Positions 1 to 64,000 of a DNA stretch of 64,000 bases are shown piece after piece; the first letter of the stretch is position 1; the number at the start of each line of letters is the position of its first letter. A model generated the notes under the pieces. The model was given only the letters and a program-made list of their open reading frames with translations. It made no database searches and had not been told where the DNA came from. The stretch comes from the human T2T-CHM13v2.0 reference genome, Homo sapiens: assembly GCF_009914755.1 (NCBI RefSeq), contig NC_060947.1; one strand, written 5' to 3'. Made by a program: the position numbers and the translations under genes.

Positions 1-732
1 GGCAGGAGGATCACTTGAGTCCAGGAGTTGAGGCTGCAGTGAGCTGTGATCACACCACTGCACTCTAGTGTGGGTGACAGTGAGACCCTGTCTCAAAAAA
101 AAAAAAAAAAAGATACATTCAAAGAAGTCAAAATAAAACAGTATAAAACCTATCTCCCTGATTGCAGCTACCTTTTTTTATGCATACGCCTGCAATCCTT
201 TTACACCTATCACACACTAAAAATGTTTTACAGTTATTGTTATTGCACACAGAAGGCATCTAGGAATGTTTTAAAGAACCTGTCTCTCTGAAGTTCATCC
301 TGCTTATCTAACTTGTCTATCAAGGAAATTATTTTCTTGATTATTATTGCTGAGAAAGACTGGGTGAGGTTGCTACCCCAGAATTAGCAGATGCAAATCA
401 GGAGGAAGTGAACAGGCTGCAAATTAGCAAGTTCTGGCATGGGGTGAGGCAATGGCAGAAAATCGGTTTCCTGGGAACCATGCCCAGGAACTAGCCTGAC
501 ATTGTGAGAAAGCTCCCAACATTCATAATGAGTTGCATATTAAATTCCAGGGAAGGGCACTGTAGGTAAGATGGACCACATTTGGAAATACACTTTTTCA
601 GACGTTTTATTTAGGGAGAATTTCTGACATGTCCTCCGATAATTTGAACTTCCTTGATTTGCAGTTGTACATTGAGAGATCATTTCTTGGTCAAAATAAA
701 TGTTCAGCAGGTGTGAATGCTGTATCCACAAC

Positions 733-1619
<887 letters not shown>

Positions 1620-2132
1620 TAAATCATGGGGCAGCTCTCCTTCACTGTCAGATAAAATCCAAATTCTCTATTACTACCTCCAAGGTCCCAGCATTGACGA
1701 TCTGTTCTTTTCTTCCTGAAGGGACATCACCCCCGGTTCTCAGGGTGTCTCCTCACAGGCTTCTTACAAATGCCTTTCCTCAGGAATGTGGCTCCACAAT
1801 GACTTTTTTTTAATTAAAAAATTTGCAGCCTACAATCAGCCTCCTCAATTATTATTATTATTATTAATTGTTATTATCATTACTTGAAACAGGGGGAGAG
1901 TCTCACTATGTGGTCCAGACTGGTTTCAAACTCCTTGTCTCAAACCATCGTCTTGCCTTGACCTCCCACAGTACTGGGATGACAGGTGTGAGCCCCCGCA
2001 CCTAAGTGTCCTCTTAAAACCCATGAAGTCTTTTAGGGCTGTCTACTTTTCTCTATGGAATTCAAATCGCTAAGCATTCATGAAAGTTTAGATAAGGTGG
2101 AAATAAATCCAACCTTTAGGATGGATGCATGA

Positions 2133-2770
<638 letters not shown>

Positions 2771-3364
2771 CTAATATTGTCCCCAATTCCTACTTTTGGG
2801 AGTAAACTATGCCTATTTCAAACTATTGCTGGACAAGATTGCCTGGTTTCTGCTTCCCCTTATCCCTCTTGTTCAAGTCAACCAGTCAGGAAATATAAAG
2901 AATGATCAAGGAAACCTCCAAGTTAACACAGAAATACGTATATATGGTGAATGCTGTCTGCAGACAGCTTATGGCCCCATGGTACTAGCCGTCATAGCAC
3001 ATGGCAAAGTTGTCCTATTGACTCTGCTGTCAGCCCCTGCGTGGAAGACCAAATAAAGGTGCTGGGACAGAAGGATGAAAAGGAATCCTAGGATAAATAT
3101 CTCATCTTCATCGTCCCTGGGTTGGATAATTCTGAGGGTCTGTCGTTGAATCTCAGTGTTTCTGCACAGCACTCAGCTTCAATAGCCCAGTGGCAAGCTG
3201 CTTCATAAGTACAACCTCTACTGGCTTCCTGCCTTTCCCTGTCTCTCTTCCTCTTTCCCTGACCAATGCTCCCTCAATTACCTCCCTAATAACCTACTTG
3301 GATTTAAGGTTTGAAAAAGAAATGCGGCATCATTCTTTTTGTCTTAAATTTTTAATTAAAAAAA

Positions 3365-3978
<614 letters not shown>

Positions 3979-5624
3979 GAAGCATCATTCTTAATTTCAA
4001 TGTCTAGTCTAGACATTTAAAAGAATTGAACATATTGGATCGTATCAAAACAACATCTTGTTGAAGAGAATGACCCTCTCCACCCAACCTGAAACAGATG
4101 GAGGCAGTGCTGACTTTATCTCAATCTTAAACAAAATCTGTTTCACTCAATTTTCTTGTAGACAGGCCGACTGCTTTATTAGAAAACAGGAGAACATTGA
4201 CCTTTTTCTATGATTCTCTTCCGATCACCCTAGGTAGAATTCCTTTCACTTTCTAACCTGTGTCTGTTTCAACCCAGGATACATTAAGCTTGTTGTCTGT
4301 GACACTTTATTGAACTTTTTAATAGCCACGACTGACACTGATCCTCTCTGCTGAGAGAGGAGCTATTCTGATTCCATTCATTGTGACTCCAAAGTCTACC
4401 CTGGAAGTCAGATGCTCAGGTGGGATTTTATAAATATTCCATGAACAAATGAACTTCGGCTTTGGGGTAAAAGAGTCGGTTGCCCATCATTTGATAGATC
4501 CCTGGATATTTTTTCATAAAAAACACCCTAGCAGGTTGCTTATTGCAAAATGACATGTGTCATATCTTCTCTGGAGCTGAATATTGTTAAGCAAAATTTA
4601 TATTAATGAGAAGCAAAAAAAAGTTTGTTTGTTTTGCTTTGCTTCAGCAAGAATTATCTGTTGCATCAGAAATGCAGGGAGCACTTTTGCTCTTTATTAG
4701 CGTTTTTTTCCCCAGAAACTCTGACATTACTAGGACACTTGGTCATCTGTGATCTGCTTAAAAGCTCTCTTCAGCTCCTGGAAGAGTAGGTGGTTCTGAT
4801 TCTCTTTCGGTGAGATGGTTTATGGAGCCCTCTTCATCCCATAATTCTGAAGAGTAACAGGCAGAACGTCTTATTAGGGGGCAGCTGAAATCGTCTAGGG
4901 AATGTGGCTAGGGAGTGTCGTCATCTTTACATCAAAGGCTATGCACAGATAACACGCCAATCCTGATTTCACCCATGAGAAAAGTGAACTCCAAGAATTT
5001 CAGGAATGTAGACGTGTCGATGATAAACATTGCATTTATTACAATTTCACTTTATTTCCTAGAAGAGGGGACATTATATTTCCTGGCCAGATGCTACCCT
5101 TTGAAAGAAATGCAAACTTTGATAAAATAGACATGCTATCAATTTCCTTAGGGGAGCTTTATCTTCACTGGGTCACTATACCCAGCATGACAGTAAAGTC
5201 TGCCATGTGTTTCTTGTCCCACTGGAAAAAAATACATAGAAAAGCTATGTACAAGGACTGTATTAAGATTCATCTATGTCTTTCAGAGATGGCAGGCAAG
5301 TGCCATTTCTGAACAATTTGGGTGAAGTCAGACACATGCACCTTACCCCGACAACCACTCAATGGACAGCAGAACATTGCAAATCATGACCTGTAATAGG
5401 ACTGTCTTTGACTTACACAGCTCAGGAAACAACACTTGGTTTGGTCAAAGGTTTGTTCCTTTTCATTTCGTGTTCTAGTGTTTTCTTTTCCTGCCCTTAT
5501 GACAGTTGTGTGCAATGGCATTATTGCATTAAATAGACACGACTGATTAGGTAGCATGAACCATAGTTTAGAATTTGGCTAAGTGTGGCTATGTTACTGT
5601 CTGTTTTTTCTTTTTCTTTTTTTA

Positions 5625-5903
5625 GGAGATAGGGTCTTGCTGTGTTGCCCAGGCTGGAGTACAGTGGCTATTCAGACATGTGATTCCACCACTATCAGCA
5701 CGAGAGTTTTGACCTGCTGCATTTGTGACTTAGGGTGGTTCACCAGGCCTTAGGCAGCCTGGTGGTCTTCTGCTCCTGGGAGGTCACCAAGCTGGTGCTG
5801 AACGTAGTGCAGATACTTGATCAGCCTAGCGCACCATAGCCCAGAACTTCTGGGCCGAAGCGATCCCCCACCTCAGTCTCCTGAGTAGCCGGGACCACAG
5901 GCA
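5625..5903 (-). pseudogene. 7SL (SRP RNA) retropseudogene, slightly 5'-truncated
   Basis: The reverse complement contains the S-domain absent from Alu (GGTGACCTCCCAGGAGC..GACCACCAGG..GCCTAAGG..GCAGGTCAAAACTC). T-rich tail at 5604-5623. Confidence 0.92.
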
Positions 5904-5974
5904 GGCTACTTGCTGTTTTTGTCAACATAAAAGGGAGTCAGAAAAGGCAGAACATATCAAGATCAGTAAATCTA

Positions 5975-6283
5975 GGCTGGGCATGATGGCTCACACCTAT
6001 AATCACAGTGCTTCATGAGGCCAAGGCAGGAGGATTCTTTGAGGCCAGGAGTTCAAAACCAGCCTGGGCAATATAGGGAGACCTTGTCTCTACAAAAAAA
6101 TAGAAAATAAAGAAATTACCCAGGTGCAGTGGTGCATGCCTGTAGTTCCAGCCACTCCAGAGGCTGAGACTGGAGGATCTTTCGAGCTTAGGAGGCTGAG
6201 GCTGCAGCGAGCTCTTATCACACCAGTGCACTCCAACTTGGGTGACAGAATGAGACCCTGTCTCTAAAAGAAAAAGAAAAAAA
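5975..6283 (+). mobile_element. AluJ-like
   Basis: Diverged dimer with A-rich tail. Confidence 0.88.
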
Positions 6284-6565
6284 GAGATTAGTAAATTCTT
6301 TAGAAACCAAGATTTTACCATGAGCAGTTGCATGAAGGTGGAAAACCTTTCTGTGATTATAAGTAGGGATTCTGAAAGAAGTCCTCAAAGTGAATACTTA
6401 TTCCATGGAGAAACAGAATGAATTGAGAGAGTCCTGGAAGCTGGGAGGAGAGGAATCTGTAGAAAGCAGAGTCACTTAACTAATTCACCAATGAGACTGC
6501 AAACCGATGGTCATGGAGCTGCCATGGGAATCTGAATTACAGTCACTTTTATTCTTTGTATTTTA

Positions 6566-13055
<6,490 letters not shown>

Positions 13056-13201
13056 TGCACATGCCCTTTATATGTAAATTTTCATTTTAGGGAATAAGTT
13101 CACATCTTCTTAACATATATTATTTTGGTGTTTTTAGACAATTCCAGTTCAAAATTCCTCTCCAGGTACATTTACCTGAAGAAATCTGCATCTCTGGTCT
13201 A

Positions 13202-13512
<311 letters not shown>

Positions 13513-14199
13513 ATCTGGTTTCTAGAGTTTATAGAATCATACAACAGCATGTTTCATGGAGCGTTCCATCTCACAAGGTGGTGTTTGGTTTAGAGAGGGT
13601 TATGTATGCCCTCTGATATTCTCAAATCTTTATTTAAAATGCTGGGAGAGTTGCTATCTGGCTTTGCATCAGTGTTTAATATAATAGCCATCCTTTTGGG
13701 GTGGGTGTTGACGAACAGCACACCTGCCATCTTCCAAATTATACCCCACACTTTGTCTTGTTGAATATTATTAAGATATAAAGACAGGGAAGACCTTCCA
13801 TTTCCCTCCCACGTCCCCACCACCTTTAGTTGGGAGCACAGATGTCCCTGAGGCACTGCTATAGACCATGAGGTCACCGCAACACAAGGGACATCAAATG
13901 GGATTGCTCTGGCTCAAAACAGCCAGTCTTAATTCTGGTGCGATGAATGGCTTTGGTGGTCGTCCCAGATAAGAACATTCAGCGTCAGCAAGAAAGGCTG
14001 TAGGTATTTGGCTGAATGTAATGTTTTGTTGTTGATGTGCTGTTGTTTTTCTTTTCCTGGGTGTGTAGTAGGAGTTGCAAATGCGGGCTGCAGATTAGCA
14101 ACGGGAACCATCTGGGTGAGCCTAGCAGGGACCAGCCCTCCCATGGGAGAGAGAGGTGACACGGAGCAGCTGATGCTTTCGTAATGATTCGAGGCAGCT

Positions 14200-14276
14200 G
14201 CCAAAAGAGGCAGAGCCTTTGCAGAACAGCCTGTCTGTTCTGCTCCTAGACATTAGAGAGATAATACGGCTGATAG
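14200..14276 (+). other. ARSF: Probable non-coding first exon of a proximal ARSF transcript (5' end uncertain)
   Basis: Consensus donor GATAG|GTGAGT at 14276/14277 in unique sequence 1.2 kb upstream of the ATG exon. Matches my recollection of the ARSF cDNA leader. Confidence 0.65.
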
Positions 14277-15029
14277 GTGAGTTGGGGAAGGCTTGTTTGG
14301 ACACATTTTCTCAGCCTTTTTTTTTTTTTTTTAACCTCTGGTAGAAACGGGCATAGTTGAAAGATCCATTGACCTATTGTATTCTGAAACTCAATGGATC
14401 ATCAGCTTAGGCACTGAGAAATGGATTCCAAACCAATTTTAGTGTGAGCAAGTTTCTCTCCTTTCTGTTACTCTCATACCCTTTCTTCTTTCTTCCCTCC
14501 CTCCCTCCCTTCCTTTTTCTTTCTTAACCAAGAACGTGTGTGTGTGTGTGTGTGAGTGTGCGTGCGTGTGTGTCTGTGTAGTGTGTATAGTATGTGTCCA
14601 GAGTATACATGCTTTGGAACAAAATGAATTTAAGGAGGAATGCGTTTGTATTTTGTCCTTAGTGTTATTTTAAGGTACAAATATGGGTAATAACTTGCAG
14701 ACTACAGATGGGCTTTTCTTTCATTGTAATGCATTTGGCTGTCATATCCCTTAGTCCTAACCCCTCTGCCACTGCCAACTAAATATAACCATTAGTCATT
14801 CAGTGGTTTCTGCATTTTGCAGTCAAAAAAGAGGGAGCTCATTTTGATTAATTGCCTCTTTCCTTATTCAGGACACAGAAGCTTTCTGAGTTTAAACTTT
14901 TAGGCTTGGCAGGACATTGAGACAATGCTCTTGGGCCAGCATGTTTCAGGGCAGGTTTTGCCACTGAGACAATTCATCCAAGAGCCCCAGGACTTGGGGC
15001 AGCAGGAGTTCTTTTAAAAATGGGCCAAA

Positions 15030-59941
<44,912 letters not shown>

Positions 59942-59962
<21 letters not shown>

Positions 59963-60037
59963 TTACAATCAGGCTACCAGAGGAAGCCTTTGGTCCTAAC
60001 GAGAAGAGATAATTACAATCAGGCTACCAAAGGAAGC
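59942..60037 (+). repeat. 50-bp-period tandem duplication spanning the ARSF stop codon
   Basis: GGTCCTAACGAGAAGAGATAATTACAATCAGGCTACCA(G/A)AGGAAGC at 59942 and 59992. Confidence 0.95.
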
Positions 60038-60083
60038 ACTAACTTTGGTGCTTTCAAGTTGGCAAGGAGTGCATTTAATAGTC

Positions 60084-60089
60084 AATAAA
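60084..60089 (+). terminator. ARSF polyadenylation signal AATAAA (second ATTAAA at 60110-60115)
   Basis: Hexamer ~120 nt after the stop codon, followed by GT/T-rich sequence. Confidence 0.75.
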
Positions 60090-60194
60090 TTCATCTACCA
60101 TTCCAGATTATTAAAGGCCCACTGGTTGTTCCACTTGCTGCTTTTTTTTGGATTCCTGTGGATAAATGTTGATTGAAATTTGTTTTATTTCCCG

Positions 60195-61000
<806 letters not shown>

Positions 61001-61497
61001 GTTGACAGCTGAGGGCACTGGCACCATCATAACTCACTGAAGACTCCACAGCAATCCTCCCAGTTCAGCCTCTGGAGTAGGTGGCACTGCAGACACATAC
61101 CACCACGCCCGGCTCTTTTTATTCTTTTGTAGAGAATGGGTCTTGCTATGTTGCCCAGGCCCATCTCAAACTCCTGTCCCCAAGTGATCCTCCTGCCTCA
61201 GCCTCCCAAAGTGCTGGAATTATAGGCATGAGCCACTGCATCAAGCCTAATTTCCATTTTCTAAACGTGTCTTTCCGTGCCAGAAAACAAGCACCTACAG
61301 ACACTTGTGCCATCTGCTCAGTTGCTTTGCTCTAAATATAAGGCCCTGTGTCATCAGGAGGCAACATACGAGGCATTTAAACAGTGCATTAAGAGGATCA
61401 AGTCTAAACGTGGCCACTAACCAACCAAAAGGGTTTATGTTTGTCAACAACAGATAGAAATTGAATCAAGAGTGGTGCAATAATTCAGCAAAACGTG

Positions 61498-61955
61498 TGT
61501 GAACCCAGAAAGTCTGAGACAGGTCTCAGATAACTTAGAAAGTTTATTTTGCCAAGGTTGAGGACGCGCCTGTGACACAGCCTCCGGAAGTCCTGACAAC
61601 ATGTGCCCAAGGTGGTTGGGGCACAGCTTCATTTTGTACACTTTAGGGAGACATGAGACATCAATCAACATATGTAAGAAGTACATTGGTTCGCTTTGGA
61701 AAGGCGGGACCACTTGAAGTAAGGGCTGGAAGACTTGAAGTGGGAGGGGGCTTTCAGGTCACAGACGGTGAGACACAAACAGTTGCATTTTTTGACTTTC
61801 TGCTTAGCCTTTCCAGAAGAGGCGATCAGATATACATCTATCTCAGTGAGCAGAAGGGTGACTTTGAATAGAATGGGAGGCAGGTTTGCCCTGAGCAGTT
61901 TCCAGCTTGAGTTTTCCTGAGTCATTTTGGGGGCCCAGGATATTTTTTTTTCACA
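61498..61955 (-). mobile_element. MER4A-type ERV1 solo LTR
   Basis: TG..CA ends, GGGCAAACCTGCCTCCCATTCTATTCAAAGTCACC on the minus strand, 4-bp TSD CGTG / CATG. Confidence 0.85.
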
Positions 61956-62179
61956 CATGCTAGCACTGAGTGACATAGCAATTGGTCTCCTGGCAGCCTG
62001 GAAATTTCAGCAACAGCTGATAAGACAGCGTGGTGAGCAGCCAGGTTCTAGAAAGCAAAGAGAAGTAGGCATCAACAACCTGGGAGGAGCACTGCTTTGA
62101 TCCCCCCAGAATGTGCCAGACCATTAATGAAGTATCTTATTTCCTTCTTAATTCAGCCTCATGATTTAGGTATAAACAC

Positions 62180-62600
62180 TTGTGTGAGATTGCCCAGAGC
62201 TGCCATAAAAATCACCATAAACTTGGTGGTTTAAGAAAACAGACATTCATTCTTCCACAATTCTGGAGGCTAGAAGTTCAAAAATCAAGGTGCTTCCTCC
62301 GAGGCCCTGGGTAGAATCCGTCCTTGCCAATCCTTGAAATTCCTTGGCTTGTGGACATATCACTCCAATCTCTGCCTTTGTCATTACATGAATGTCTACG
62401 CTCTGTGTCTTTAAATCTCTCTCTCCTTATAGAGAGAGATTATAGTCATATAGAATTTAGAACCCACCTTCATCTACTATGACCTCATTTTCTCTTGATG
62501 GCATCTTTAAAGACCCTATTTCCAAATAAAGTCTCATGTGCAGGTACCAGGATTTAGGACTTTAATGTAACCTTCGAGGAGGTCATAATTTAACCCTTTG
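62180..62600 (-). mobile_element. MLT1-type MaLR LTR
   Basis: CACAATTCTGGAGGCTAGAAG..AAGACCCTATTTCCAAATAAAGTC. Confidence 0.7.
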
Positions 62601-62744
62601 CACCCTTATATACCAAGAAGAGTACCTGGGACTTGGAAATGCTCTGTAATTTGCTCAGGAGAACACAGCTTAGGTGTTACTGGGCTGAGACTGGCACCCT
62701 AGCCATGCCAATCCCAAATCTCCATGTACATCAACCCTATGGTG

Positions 62745-63510
<766 letters not shown>

Positions 63511-63559
63511 AGTGTCTCTCAAAGGTGCAACCCCAGGAGTAACATAATCATGTGTGTTC

Positions 63560-64000
63560 GTCAATTTGCAATTGCAAAAATGTGGAACAAGCCCAAATGC
63601 CCATCAATCAATGAGTGGATACAGAAATTATGGTATATATATGTACAATGGAATATTACTCAGCCATGAAAATGAATGAATTAATGGCATTTGCAGCAAC
63701 CTGGATGGGTTTGGAGAGTAAGCGAAGTCAGTCAGAAACAGAAAACCAAACATCGTATGTTCTCACTCATAAGTGGGAGCTAAGCTATGAGGATGCAAAG
63801 GCCTAAGAGTGACACAGTGGACTCTGGGGACTCTGGAGGAAAGGGTGGGAAGGGGGTGAGGGATAAAAGACTACAAATTGAGTGCAGTGTATACTGCTCA
63901 GTGATGGGTGCACCAAAATCTCACATATCACCACTGAAGAACTTACTCATGTAACCAAACACCACCCGTTCCCCCAAAACCTATGGAACTAAAAAAAAAA
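63560..64000 (+). mobile_element. L1 3' end with A tail
   Basis: IAKMWNKPKCPSINEWI translation, 3'UTR and polyA at the window end. Confidence 0.85.

Overview
Human/primate genomic DNA, dense in Alu, L1 and LTR repeats. It carries the complete coding region of arylsulfatase F (ARSF, Xp22.3 sulfatase cluster) on the + strand. Ten GT-AG coding exons (15505-59962) splice to 1773 nt, i.e. 590 aa plus stop, with a signal peptide, DDLG metal site, CSPSR formylglycine motif and an STS-like membrane hairpin. A probable non-coding first exon ends at 14276 and a polyA signal lies at 60084. Also present: a full-length but dead ~6.2 kb L1PA inserted into an Alu, a 7SL retrocopy, an Alu-interrupted RPS24 processed pseudogene, several solo LTRs, and MER1A, MER2 and MADE1 DNA transposons. 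I found no new gene or biological system. The most unusual signals are structural: a cluster of short locally templated duplications (a near-perfect 268-bp inverted repeat around a TA-rich spacer, a 96-bp inverted copy, an 82-bp direct copy, a 32-bp exact copy inside a MADE1 hairpin, and a MER2/L1 inversion-duplication) and a 1156-nt AG-free pyrimidine tract directly before the catalytic exon. Repeat subfamily names and comparisons with reference sequences are from memory, and repeat boundaries are approximate.
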